Shown piece after piece: positions 11,260 to 21,246 of a stretch of 64,000 nt of DNA (its first letter is position 1; each line of letters opens with the position of its first letter). The position numbers were made by a program, and so were the translations under genes. The stretch is from an uncultured Bacteroidota bacterium (lineage in GTDB: Bacteria > Bacteroidota > Ignavibacteria > UBA10030 > UBA6906). The DNA lies in the NCBI GenBank assembly GCA_963809695.1, contig CAWEKI010000001.1, positions 21,018 through 85,017 on the forward strand, given 5' to 3'. Below the pieces are notes generated by a model. The model searched no databases. It saw only the letters and a list, made by a program, of their open reading frames with translations, and was not told the DNA's origin.

Positions 11260-11492
11260 TGGGGGCCCTTTCTTCTATTTTTATGAGCCGAAGGGGTTGT
11301 CACCCATCCTGGCATCGCGTTCCCCCCGGACTGGTCGAAAAGGCATGTGTCGGCCGTCACAATTGTGCTCACGGATACTAATCCGAATGCCGTGCTATTG
11401 ACAAAGCGAATTGAATTTCGTAAAATTATGGATATTTGTGCTGGGGGGAGTGGGAACCAGATATCAACAACAACCTTTTATGGAGATGCTCA

Positions 11493-12056
11493 ATGAAGAA
11501 GGCCTTCTGCCTTGCCATGCTTCTTCTGCTGGCAGCCTCGATGGTTAGCACGTCGGCGGTTGCACAGACGACCATGTTTCACGAAAAAGATATGCTCATT
11601 TCCGCTGGTATAGGATTCGGCGGGTACGGCTACTACGGCGGGTCTCCGAGCCCCCCGATCTTTGGGATGTTTGAAATGGGTGTTGCACCGAAGATCAGCG
11701 TTGGCGCCATGGTCGGATATTCCGGATCCTCAGAAGACTTTGGATGGGGGAAGTACTCCTATTCGTATATTCCCTTCACCATCCGCGGCTCCTATCACTT
11801 CCTTGAGGGGCAGAAGAACATGGACGCATACGCCGGAGCCGGACTTGGCTTCAGCATTGTCTCAAGCTCGGCAGAGTACAAAGATCCGGCGCTCCAGCAG
11901 TTTGCATACGCCACGACGGCAAGCGGAAGCTACATGTACTTTGATCTGCATGTCGGCGGCCGGTACTTCTTTTCTCCCAAGTTCGCGGCATTGGCTGAGA
12001 TCGGTTACAGCGCCCTGGGCTTTGCCCGCATTGGCATCACCTATAAGCTCCAATAG
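11493..12056 (+). CDS. small outer-membrane beta-barrel protein (paralog 4)
   Basis: Internal ATG at 11493 gives signal peptide MKKAFCLAMLLLLAASMVSTSAVAQ; Gly/Tyr-rich strands; terminator downstream. Confidence 0.5.
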   Translation: MKKAFCLAMLLLLAASMVSTSAVAQTTMFHEKDMLISAGIGFGGYGYYGGSPSPPIFGMFEMGVAPKISVGAMVGYSGSSEDFGWGKYSYSYIPFTIRGSYHFLEGQKNMDAYAGAGLGFSIVSSSAEYKDPALQQFAYATTASGSYMYFDLHVGGRYFFSPKFAALAEIGYSALGFARIGITYKLQ

Positions 12057-12105
12057 TGACATCTACCGGGTTCCCCGTAGGGCTTGCCTGGAAAGTGTAC
12101 GATTC

Positions 12106-12137
12106 GAGGGGAGACGCAACACGTCTCCCCTTTTCTA
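12106..12137 (+). terminator. rho-independent terminator after the OMP array
   Basis: gaggggagacg-caaca-cgtctcccc hairpin followed by ttttct. Confidence 0.55.
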
Positions 12138-12193
12138 TATACCATCACCTTTCGCAAAAGGATGCTTCCATTCCTTAATGTGAACAGTAAACT

Positions 12194-13186
12194 ATGTTGA
12201 CGCTTTGCCTTAGTGCCAGCTTGCTTTTTGCGCAAGGTGTCGAGGGGGACAGCGCCGAGGGAGCCCCCTGTGTTTTGCGTTTTGGGGGGGATTGTCTCCT
12301 TGCCGGTCACTATGAGGAGGCAGTGGGCGAAAAGGGGGATTGGGCGTTCTCCGGTTTTGATCTCCTCAGCACGGCAGACCTCTCCGTGGTGAACCTTGAA
12401 TGTCCGGTCACTGCACGGGGAGAAAAGGTCAAGAAGCCGTTCAATTTCAGAATGAATCCCGCCTTCTTGAGCGCCCTTACCGGAGCCGGAATTGACGTTG
12501 CAAGCATTGCCAACAACCATATCTTCGACTACGGGAAGCAAGGACTTTTCGACACAATTTCGTATCTTGATTCTGTAGGGATCTGGCACGTCGGAGCAGG
12601 GCGGACTCAGGAGGAAGCGGCAACGCCCGTCATTGTGCAGGCCGGGCAACGGCGCATTGGCATCCAGGGCTACTATGGAGGGGGAGAGGCACCGGCGGCA
12701 GCCGGACAGAACCCCGGCGTTGTCGCAAGGAGCCTCCCCGTGATTCTTGCTGATATCGACAGGCTTCACAAGCGAGACTCCGTGGACTACGTCGTTGTGA
12801 TCCTCCACTGGGGGACAGAGAAAGCCACAATGCCTGATGACGGCCAGATACAATTCGCCCATGCGCTGATCGACGGAGGCGCTGACGCAGTGATTGGCCA
12901 CCATCCCCATGTGCTTCAGGGAATTGAGCTGTACAAATCAGGAGTCATCGTGTATTCGCTTGGGAATCTGGTTTTCGGGGGTAATTCAAGGGATACTTAC
13001 GACACAGGGCTGTTTGAGATTGCACTGGGGACGCGCTCTGTCAATTATCAGTTCATTCCCATCCGGCTGGAGGGGTGGAAGCTCACGACTCTTTCAGGTC
13101 GCGGAGCTGAGGAAGTGAGGAGCCGTATGGCCGAACGTTCTTCCATCTTTCCTCAAAGCATATTCACCACGAAGGAGACGCGATGA
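12194..13186 (+). CDS. CapA / PGA_cap family metallophosphatase-like protein
   Basis: Short signal peptide; NLECPVT...ANNH(I/V)FDYG...HWGTE..GHHPH metallophosphoesterase-like motifs characteristic of the CapA family. Confidence 0.65.
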   Translation: MLTLCLSASLLFAQGVEGDSAEGAPCVLRFGGDCLLAGHYEEAVGEKGDWAFSGFDLLSTADLSVVNLECPVTARGEKVKKPFNFRMNPAFLSALTGAGIDVASIANNHIFDYGKQGLFDTISYLDSVGIWHVGAGRTQEEAATPVIVQAGQRRIGIQGYYGGGEAPAAAGQNPGVVARSLPVILADIDRLHKRDSVDYVVVILHWGTEKATMPDDGQIQFAHALIDGGADAVIGHHPHVLQGIELYKSGVIVYSLGNLVFGGNSRDTYDTGLFEIALGTRSVNYQFIPIRLEGWKLTTLSGRGAEEVRSRMAERSSIFPQSIFTTKETR

Positions 13187-13782
13187 AATCACGCGGATGT
13201 CTGGTTGCACTGATTATCGTTGGAGTGATCGCCGTCGGTCTGGCCATGTGGGGCATGGGCGTGTATAATTCTTTGGTCGGCCTCGACGAGGGTGTCCGCT
13301 CCGCCTGGAGCCAGGTAGAAAGCCAATACCAGAGAAGGGCGGATCTTATACCCAACCTGGTGAACACCGTCAAAGGGTATGCCCAACAGGAAAAGGACGT
13401 GCTTCTGGGAGTGACAGAGGCGCGTGCACGGGTCGGTCAACTCACGGTGACCAAGGATGTGCTGGAAGACCCTGATGCCTTCTCCAAGTTCCAGGCGGCA
13501 CAGGATCAGCTTTCGGGAGCCCTCTCGCGATTGCTGGCTGTCGCTGAAAATTACCCCAACCTGAAATCGAACGAGAACTTCCTCGCATTGCAAACGCAGT
13601 TGGAAGGGACGGAGAACAGGATCACGGTGGAACGGCAGCGCTATAACCAGACTGTCCAGACATACAACACGACGATCCGGAGATTTCCGGGCTCCCTGAT
13701 CGCCAGCTTCACAGGCTTCCGGGACAAGCAGTATTTCAAAGCCAAGGAAGGTGCTGAGAACGTGCCGGAAGTGAAATTCTGA
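13183..13782 (+). CDS. LemA family protein
   Basis: N-terminal TM helix then YNSLV...W..VESQYQRRADLIPNLV...NYPNLK motifs typical of LemA. Overlaps the capA stop by 4 nt. Confidence 0.8.
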   Translation: MKSRGCLVALIIVGVIAVGLAMWGMGVYNSLVGLDEGVRSAWSQVESQYQRRADLIPNLVNTVKGYAQQEKDVLLGVTEARARVGQLTVTKDVLEDPDAFSKFQAAQDQLSGALSRLLAVAENYPNLKSNENFLALQTQLEGTENRITVERQRYNQTVQTYNTTIRRFPGSLIASFTGFRDKQYFKAKEGAENVPEVKF

Positions 13783-14528
13783 TGCATTCCAGCCGCCGAC
13801 TTCTTGCCGTCACACTGACGGTCCTCATTGTACACGCCCTCGTGCTTGCGCAGGAGCCGGCCGTTCCCACGCTGACGCGGCACGTGACGGATCTGAGCGG
13901 CACGCTGTCGCCACAGCAGGTGGAGTTGCTCGACGCCAAGCTGCGGTCCTTTGAAGACAGCACGTCCAACCAGATCGTGGTGCTCATGATCCCCACGATC
14001 GGTTCGGCATCCCTTGAGGATTTCTCACTGCGGGTGGCCGAGGCAAATCGCATCGGCGTGAAAGGACGGGACAATGGTGCGCTCCTGTTCATCGCCAAAG
14101 ACGACAGGCTGGCGAGGATCGAGGTTGGCTATGGATTGGAAGGCGCTCTTCCGGACATTCTCTCAGGACAGATCATCCGGAGAGAGCTGGGGCCTCATTT
14201 CAAGAACGGCGAATACTACGAGGGGATTGACGCCGCCGTCGATGCCATGATGGCTGCGACGAAGGGGGAGTACAAGGCGGAGAAAAAGGAGAGTTCGCCG
14301 GCCGGCCTGGTGCCATTGCTGATTGTTCTGTTCATCATATTTATGATCGTCCGCAATACATTCCAAGGTCCGCGGGGGCTCTTCGGCGGCAGGCGGTCTT
14401 ACTGGGGAGGCGGTCCTTTCATGGGAGGAGGATTTGGCGGGGGTGGTTTTGGTGGAGGCGGAGGTGGGGGCGGATTCTCAGGTGGCGGCGGGTCCTTTGG
14501 TGGCGGAGGGGCAAGCGGGAGTTGGTAG
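13782..14528 (+). CDS. TPM-domain (YgcG-like) protein with C-terminal TM segment and Gly-rich tail
   Basis: Signal peptide; TPM/phosphatase-like core (VTDLSGTLSPQQ...IVVLMIPT...EVGYGLEG); TM helix; GGGFGGGGFGGGGGGGGFSGGGG tail. A LemA-TPM pair is a conserved arrangement. Confidence 0.7.
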   Translation: MHSSRRLLAVTLTVLIVHALVLAQEPAVPTLTRHVTDLSGTLSPQQVELLDAKLRSFEDSTSNQIVVLMIPTIGSASLEDFSLRVAEANRIGVKGRDNGALLFIAKDDRLARIEVGYGLEGALPDILSGQIIRRELGPHFKNGEYYEGIDAAVDAMMAATKGEYKAEKKESSPAGLVPLLIVLFIIFMIVRNTFQGPRGLFGGRRSYWGGGPFMGGGFGGGGFGGGGGGGGFSGGGGSFGGGGASGSW

Positions 14529-14577
14529 GGAAAAGAATATCCGTCATCTGATATGGCATGGTTGATTTCCGTGTACT

Positions 14578-17500
14578 ATGAACAATCTGGTGAAATCAGC
14601 GGTACCAGTTTTGACATCCGCGGAAGATCTCCATGCTCTCCTGAAGGCTGGGGATCGTCTCGTGCTGGCGCTTCCGGCGGGGAGCAACCTTCTGCGTTCG
14701 CTCGGCGCGGCGCTCGCCCAGACCGTCCCGCACCCGCAGAAAAGCGCCTTAGTCACGGGAGAATCAGAACCACCAATCTCATCACTTCGCGTCATATCTC
14801 TTTCAGACACGAAGAGCCTGAATGAAGCTCTGACAAGGGTGCGTCGCCATGCCAAGGTACACACCCTTCTCGTGCAGGGGGGGTGCCACTTCGGTGCATG
14901 GGAGAAGAAGCCCGCACATCTGCGCGAGTTCTTCGAAAAGGTCTCCCGGGTGCTTTCACGGTCCCGCAACCGGGCCATCTGGCTGTTGGAGCGGGATCGG
15001 CTCCCTGAGGATGCATGGGCGTGGATAAAAGATGACGTGGAGTTCTTTGCCACTGCACACTCCGCCGGATCCGTGACGCTTCTTCAATTCCTTTCTGCAA
15101 AAGGGATTTTCTCTCCTGAGTTCTTCCTTCCGCGACGGGTCACTCCAGACGGGACTGACTTCAGATTCGAGGAGCCGTCGGTCCCGGCCACCGGGCCGGA
15201 GGGACAGCCGATTGACCTCCTTCAGGAACCATACCGCCGGGCATTTGGAGCAGCGGGAGACGGGATTATCCTGTTCGATCTGAAGGGGACGTACCGCGAG
15301 CCCAATGAACGCGCGTGCGAGATTCTGGGATACCCCGATGCCGACCTCCGGTCGGCGCCGATCCGCAGTCTCGTTGCACCGTCCTCCTACCGGGCCGTCT
15401 TGCGGGCAGTGCTCGTGCTCCGCAGGAAGGGAAGGACCGCATTGGACGTGCTCTGCAGGCGGAAGAGCGGGAGGGAAGTCACGATTGCGGTAAGCGCATC
15501 GAACGCCGGGTATGGGCAAATCATCCTGATACTCCGGGATGTCACTGCCGAAAGGCGGGCGCAGGATGATCTGCGCGAAGAGAGAGTGGCGCTCCGGGCA
15601 CGCCTCGATGCCGTGCCGTACCCGCAAGCGCTGTTTGCGGGGAAAAAACTCGTCTCTGCAAATCAGGCCCTTCGACGGAAGTTTCCCTGGGCGGCGCCGG
15701 ATGAGGCGGCGCCCACGCTGCTTCAATTCTTCGGCAAGCAAAACCAGGACGTTGCACGTGATCTTGCCCGTGTGCTTGATCAGACGGAACCTCCTTTCAC
15801 GGAAAAGCGGAGTATTCGACTGCGAGCCCCCGATGGCGCCAGGATGGATCTGGACCTTACAGTCGATGCGGTCAAGGCCGATGGGAGGACAGAAGCATGC
15901 CTGACGTTCGTGGAGACAACGGATTTCCTGAATGCGGTCAGGCGGCATGAAGACACCGCGCTGAACTTCAAGGGATTGATCGAGAGCAATGCCGTCGCTC
16001 TCGCGGTGATCCGTGACGGTCGCTGCCTCTTTGTCAACCGCGGGTTCCTGGCGGTCCTGGGGCGTTCGACGGCGGATGAACTGATCGGTCAGGAATTTTC
16101 CGCCTCTGTCGCATCGCGCGATCGGAAGAGCGTGTTGCACAAGCTGACTGCGGCAGCGCCCGCGCCGGGTGAGATCCATTCCTTCGAGTTTTCCGCGATG
16201 CGAAAGGATGGTTCGCAAACCAGGATCGATGCGACCTGCGCCTCTGTGGATTACGAGAGGCAGTCCGCGATACTGATGTCTTGCAGAGACGTGGGTGGAA
16301 CGCTCAAGTCCACCGAGGAAGTGCGGCGCCGGTTGGATGACGCGGAAGCCGTGGAGAGGATCGCGGACAGCGTCCGGTATCTCCTGGATCCCGCCGCGGT
16401 GGCAACCACGGCGCTCGACGCCGCCCTGAAGATGCTTGGCTTTGAAGCAGGAGGGATGTATCTTCCCGCCGCGGACAAGACCACTCTTGCCTTTGTGGAC
16501 CATCGGGCCCTGAGCGAGAACGCGCTCAAAGCGATAGGCATCCAGAGCACGCTGGAAGGGGTGACGGGCTTCATCGCGAAAACGCTCGAGCCGCAGGTCC
16601 TGAGCATCCAGAACTATCCTGCCCACCTGCCATACAAGTCGCTGTTTGAAGAGGAGCACTTTGCCACCGTCGTCTATCTGCCCCTGGTTGCCGGTGACGA
16701 GCTCGAGGGAATACTGCTGCTCTGTTCGGCGAAGCGGATTGATGCCGGGGACTTTGGGCGAACGCTCCTTCCGTCCGTGGGGAAAGTGCTCGGCAGCGCG
16801 CTGCGCAATGCGTCGGCCTACCACCTGACCGCCGAGTCCGAGCAGCGCTTCCGTTCAACGTTCGAGGGGATTCCTGACACGGTGTATGTCGCTTCTCCCA
16901 CCGGGGCGTTTCTATTCATTGCGCCTCAGGTGGAAGAGATGTCCGGCTTCAAGGCAAGGGACTTTGAGGGCAACCCGGAACTCTGGAGAAATTCGCTCCA
17001 CCCGGATGACCGGGTGAAATACTCCGAGCGCATCTCGAACCAGCATCTGGGCCTCGAGCGGCACGAGACGTTCTACCGCCTCCTTCCGAAAGGCAAGGCG
17101 GCGTACCGATGGATACGGGACGCGTACCGCTACCTCCGTGACGGAAACGGGACCATCGTTTCGATAGACGGGGTTCTTTCGGATGTGACCGAACGGATGG
17201 AAAAGGGAGCCGGGGTTTCCGGAGAAGCCGGCCTGCCGCAGGATGTTCTCGAGAGCGTACAGGAGGGAGTTCTTGTCCTGGACAAAGATCTCCAGTTCAT
17301 GGTCTGGAACAACGCGATGGTGGAGCTCACAGGCGTGCTGCGGGACGAGGTGATCGGCAGAAAAGCGTCAGAGCTTCCTCCCGGCCATCCCGTGGAAGTC
17401 CTGCGCAAGCTGCTTGACCGCGCGCTGGACGGAGACCAGGTGAGCCAGGACGATCTCTCCTTTGTGCGAGGCGACGAGACCCGGTACATCTGGGGCCGAT

Positions 17501-20500
17501 GTTCGCCGCTTCGGGACGGGAGCGGTGCCATCGTCGGAGTTGCGGGGACAGTCACCGATGTGACCGGAAGGAGAAACCTCGAGCACGAACTGCGCGAATC
17601 AGAAGAGACGTTACGCAACGTGATCGACGGGATGGGCGATGCCCTCATGATTTCGGATCTGCAGGGGAAGATCTGGGAAGTGAACCGGGAGTTTTCCCAC
17701 ATTACCGGCTATCCGCGCGGAGAAGTGTTGAGGATGGAGTTCCCGTATCCGTGGATCGTGGACGAGGAGATGGCAAATTTCGTGGCATGGATCGCCGCCT
17801 TGCGGGAAAAGAAATCGTTGCGCGATTTCGACATGATGTGGAAGCGGAAAGACGGGCATAAAGTCTCGATCAGCCTGAGCACCACGCTGCTGCGGACGGC
17901 AACCGGGGAGCCAATGGCGATGTTGAACCTGGCGCGGGACATCTCCGAGCGCAAGCAGCTTGCCAATGAGTTGTCGGCCAAGAACCGCCAGATCGAGATG
18001 TTGAACCGGATCATCAGCAAGGCGAACACGACGGTGGACTTCGGGACGATATTCGACATTATTGCCGTGGAAGTCCTGAACCTGCTCGCTTACGACCAGA
18101 TCGATGTTACGCTCCTTGCGGACGACGAGCAGAATGTCCGGTTGTTGGCCTGCATGAGTCCCGGGAGGCCTGATATGCCTGTTGGCCAGGTTATCCCGCT
18201 GAGCCGTTCGGTTTCGAAGGTGGCGATTGGCTCAAAAGGTCCTGCCGTCGTGGGGGACATCACTTCCGATCACCGGTTCGCAGCCGATTTGTTCACGCCG
18301 GTCGCGGGGTTGAAATCCCTGATCAGCATTCCAATCGTTCTGAACGATCGTATCCTGGGTGCCTTCAACGTGGCGACCGTTGTGGAGAACGCGTTCAGCG
18401 GGAGCGAGCTTGCCATTTTGCAGCCCATTGCCGACCAGATCGGGGCGTTGATCGACCGCACCCAGTTGTTCCAGCGGGTCAGCGATGACAGCAAGTATAT
18501 CCACACGCTCCTCAACTCCATTGACAGCGTGGTGTTGACGGTGGATCCCGGGCTTCACATACGGGAGGCCAACAAGGCCTGGCGCGAGTTTGCGGTGCTC
18601 CTCGGGCTGGACGAAATGGAGGAAGAATCGTCGATCATCGGGCGGGGGGCGGAGGAAATCCTTCTCGTCCCCGGCCTGTGGGAAGAGATGCACGGCGTCG
18701 TGCCCCGGCTCTTCGAACAGACCCTGGAAAACGTGACCCGGGAATTCAATCTGGAACGGGAAGGCGCCATGCGGACCTTCCAGCTCACCGTGACGCCGAT
18801 GTTGATCGGCGAGAAGGTGACCGGCCTGGTGTTCACGATCACCGATATCACCGAAAGCAAGAAGACCGAAGCGGAGATCAAGCAGCGGAACCGGGAGCTG
18901 CTCGCGCTGAATGCGGTAAACACGTCCATCACCAAATCGCTTAACATGGACGACGTCCTCAGCGTGGCGCTCGAGTCCATCAAGGACATTGCCGGTGCGG
19001 AATTGGTTCTCTGCTACCTGCGCGATGCGCAGCCGGGCAAGCTCCGCCTCGCCCGGTCGGTGGGCCTGCCGGACGACCTTGCGGCCGAAGTCCAGATCCT
19101 GGACGAATCCGCGAGCGCATTCGGGGGGGTCATTCGGCAGCGCCAGCCCCTCCTGATCAATGATCGTCCGTCGCTTGACCAGCGCCTGACCCAGGCCGGG
19201 CGGCGCGTCCTGGAGTCCCTGACAACGCAAAGCTTCATGGCGTTTCCGCTCCTCTCCAAAGAGCGTGTACTCGGAACGCTGGGCGTGGGATTTGGTCACG
19301 GACGTCCGTTCACCGATCAGGAGCAGTCGTTCCTGATGTTGATCGGGAGCCAGCTTGGCGCGGCGATCGAGAATGCACAGCTGTATGCGGAAATCCAGGC
19401 GCAGGTTCAGCGCATCACATCGCTCTACGAACTCGGCAAGGGACTCAGCGGAGCGATTGACACCCGCAGCGTGCTCGAAGTAGTCCATGGTGAGGCTGTA
19501 AAGGCTATTCCTTTTGATCTCTTCACGTATGATCTCTTCCATGAAGCTCCGGAGCGCTTCGAGCGGGTCTTCGCAGTGGGAGCGGACACAGGTGACGCGC
19601 ACAACCATGCGGATCCGGAACTACGCGCGTCCATCCAGAAGGTGGTGATGCAGAGGGCGTCATACATCGGTAACACGGAAGAGAGAGGGTCGATCATGGC
19701 CGTGCCGGTGCTCTCCAAGGAGAAGATCCTCGGAGTCCTCAGCGTCTGCAGGCGACCGGCGCACAGCTACAATGAGACTCACTTGCGTCTCTTGGAAAGT
19801 ATTGCTAATTTGACAGGAATCGCCGTTGATCGGGCTGTCCTCTATGAGGATACCGTGGCAAAGTCGATTGAGATCGAGAACCGCAATAAAGAGCTGGACG
19901 ACTTCACGTATGTAGTCTCGCACGATCTCAAGGAGCCGTTGATCACGATCGAGGGGTACAGCAAGATCGTCCTGAAGGAGTATCAGGAACGGATCGACCA
20001 GGAGGGAAAGGCATATCTCTCGGCGGTCGTTCAGTCCACGGCGAGGATGAAGAGCCTGATCGACGATTTGCTCACGCTCTCGCGTCTGGGACGGCTTGCG
20101 GAAGCCCCCCACGCCGTGTCGGTCAAGGCCATCCTGGCGGATGTTCTTCATGATTTCGAGTTCACGCTCCGCGAGAAGAATGCGGTGGTGGCCGTGCCGG
20201 AGATGCTTCCCGAAGTGATCTACGACGAAACGCAGCTGAGCATGGTCTTCCGGAATCTGATCTCGAATGCGATCAAGTTCAACGAGGGGCCGGAGCCGCG
20301 GGTCCAGATAGGAGTGAAGGACGAGGACAAGGAGTTTGTTTTCTCGGTGGCAGACAACGGCATCGGGATTGAGCCGCAGCATTTTGAGAAGATCTTCGTG
20401 ATCTTCCAGCGGCTGCATCGCAGCGAGGAATACCACGGCACCGGTGCAGGGCTGACGATCGTCAAGAAGATTATTGAACGCCATCACGGAAGAATCTGGG

Positions 20501-20553
20501 TGGAGTCGGCGGTAGGGAAGGGGACGACCTTCTTCTTCACTGTTCCCAAATAG
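14578..20553 (+). CDS. giant (1991 aa) multi-PAS/GAF sensor histidine kinase
   Basis: Several PAS-like segments and at least two GAF-like segments. HisKA H-box FTYVVSHDLKEPL. HATPase_c N/G boxes (NAIKFN..., DNGIGIEPQHFEKIF, GTGAGLTIVKKIIERHHGRIWVES). The N-terminal ~200 aa has no domain I can recognise. Confidence 0.85.
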   Translation: MNNLVKSAVPVLTSAEDLHALLKAGDRLVLALPAGSNLLRSLGAALAQTVPHPQKSALVTGESEPPISSLRVISLSDTKSLNEALTRVRRHAKVHTLLVQGGCHFGAWEKKPAHLREFFEKVSRVLSRSRNRAIWLLERDRLPEDAWAWIKDDVEFFATAHSAGSVTLLQFLSAKGIFSPEFFLPRRVTPDGTDFRFEEPSVPATGPEGQPIDLLQEPYRRAFGAAGDGIILFDLKGTYREPNERACEILGYPDADLRSAPIRSLVAPSSYRAVLRAVLVLRRKGRTALDVLCRRKSGREVTIAVSASNAGYGQIILILRDVTAERRAQDDLREERVALRARLDAVPYPQALFAGKKLVSANQALRRKFPWAAPDEAAPTLLQFFGKQNQDVARDLARVLDQTEPPFTEKRSIRLRAPDGARMDLDLTVDAVKADGRTEACLTFVETTDFLNAVRRHEDTALNFKGLIESNAVALAVIRDGRCLFVNRGFLAVLGRSTADELIGQEFSASVASRDRKSVLHKLTAAAPAPGEIHSFEFSAMRKDGSQTRIDATCASVDYERQSAILMSCRDVGGTLKSTEEVRRRLDDAEAVERIADSVRYLLDPAAVATTALDAALKMLGFEAGGMYLPAADKTTLAFVDHRALSENALKAIGIQSTLEGVTGFIAKTLEPQVLSIQNYPAHLPYKSLFEEEHFATVVYLPLVAGDELEGILLLCSAKRIDAGDFGRTLLPSVGKVLGSALRNASAYHLTAESEQRFRSTFEGIPDTVYVASPTGAFLFIAPQVEEMSGFKARDFEGNPELWRNSLHPDDRVKYSERISNQHLGLERHETFYRLLPKGKAAYRWIRDAYRYLRDGNGTIVSIDGVLSDVTERMEKGAGVSGEAGLPQDVLESVQEGVLVLDKDLQFMVWNNAMVELTGVLRDEVIGRKASELPPGHPVEVLRKLLDRALDGDQVSQDDLSFVRGDETRYIWGRCSPLRDGSGAIVGVAGTVTDVTGRRNLEHELRESEETLRNVIDGMGDALMISDLQGKIWEVNREFSHITGYPRGEVLRMEFPYPWIVDEEMANFVAWIAALREKKSLRDFDMMWKRKDGHKVSISLSTTLLRTATGEPMAMLNLARDISERKQLANELSAKNRQIEMLNRIISKANTTVDFGTIFDIIAVEVLNLLAYDQIDVTLLADDEQNVRLLACMSPGRPDMPVGQVIPLSRSVSKVAIGSKGPAVVGDITSDHRFAADLFTPVAGLKSLISIPIVLNDRILGAFNVATVVENAFSGSELAILQPIADQIGALIDRTQLFQRVSDDSKYIHTLLNSIDSVVLTVDPGLHIREANKAWREFAVLLGLDEMEEESSIIGRGAEEILLVPGLWEEMHGVVPRLFEQTLENVTREFNLEREGAMRTFQLTVTPMLIGEKVTGLVFTITDITESKKTEAEIKQRNRELLALNAVNTSITKSLNMDDVLSVALESIKDIAGAELVLCYLRDAQPGKLRLARSVGLPDDLAAEVQILDESASAFGGVIRQRQPLLINDRPSLDQRLTQAGRRVLESLTTQSFMAFPLLSKERVLGTLGVGFGHGRPFTDQEQSFLMLIGSQLGAAIENAQLYAEIQAQVQRITSLYELGKGLSGAIDTRSVLEVVHGEAVKAIPFDLFTYDLFHEAPERFERVFAVGADTGDAHNHADPELRASIQKVVMQRASYIGNTEERGSIMAVPVLSKEKILGVLSVCRRPAHSYNETHLRLLESIANLTGIAVDRAVLYEDTVAKSIEIENRNKELDDFTYVVSHDLKEPLITIEGYSKIVLKEYQERIDQEGKAYLSAVVQSTARMKSLIDDLLTLSRLGRLAEAPHAVSVKAILADVLHDFEFTLREKNAVVAVPEMLPEVIYDETQLSMVFRNLISNAIKFNEGPEPRVQIGVKDEDKEFVFSVADNGIGIEPQHFEKIFVIFQRLHRSEEYHGTGAGLTIVKKIIERHHGRIWVESAVGKGTTFFFTVPK

Positions 20554-20555
20554 AG

Positions 20556-21236
20556 ATGGATGACCACACTACCATAAAAGTCCTCCTCATCGAGGACAAC
20601 CGGGACTTCGCCAATCTGGTGGAGTTATTTCTCAGGAAGCACGAACCAGATCGGTTTCACGTCCTGTGGAAGGAGAACGGCCAGGAGGCGCTCGCGGAAC
20701 TCGCGACCAATAAGGCGTTCGACGTTATCCTGATGGACTATTTCCTTCCGGGGCAGAATGGCCTGGAAGTGACCCGCGCCATCCAGCAAATGGGAGTGTC
20801 GGTGCCGGTGATCTTCCTCACGGTGAACAAGGATTTCGACCTTGCCGTGGAGGTGATGAAATTGGGAGTGGAGGACTATCTGGTGAAGGAGGAAGTGTCG
20901 ACGCCCGTCCTTCCCAAGACGATCCTGAATGTCATCGAGCGCCGGCAATTGCGTGCGCAACTGACCGCCCTCGAGATCACGCAAAAGCGGCTCGAGGCCA
21001 TTCAGGAAATGGTCATGAAAATCACGCAGGAGATCAGGCTCCCGCTGGACGGCATGCGTTCGGGGGTGGACGCGCTGATCGGGGACCATGAGAACGACCA
21101 TCTCAAGACCTACCTGATCATCATCCGCGACAATTTGATCCGTATCGACAAGAAGATCTCGCAGTTGAAGGAGATGAAGACGGACAAGACGGTCCCGTAT
21201 ATCAGGGATATTCGGATGCTTGATCTCTCGGATTGA
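20556..21236 (+). CDS. response regulator: REC domain fused to a degenerate HisKA/DHp-like helix (His replaced by Gln), no ATPase domain
   Basis: REC motifs (LLIEDN..., DVILMDYFLPGQNGLEV, PVIFLTV). The C-terminus KRLEAIQEMVMKITQEIRLPLDGMRS aligns to the HisKA H-box (aHEiRnPLtaI) with Q in place of the phospho-accepting His. Starts 3 nt after the kinase stop. Confidence 0.7.
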   Translation: MDDHTTIKVLLIEDNRDFANLVELFLRKHEPDRFHVLWKENGQEALAELATNKAFDVILMDYFLPGQNGLEVTRAIQQMGVSVPVIFLTVNKDFDLAVEVMKLGVEDYLVKEEVSTPVLPKTILNVIERRQLRAQLTALEITQKRLEAIQEMVMKITQEIRLPLDGMRSGVDALIGDHENDHLKTYLIIIRDNLIRIDKKISQLKEMKTDKTVPYIRDIRMLDLSD

Positions 21237-21246
21237 TGCCACCGGC

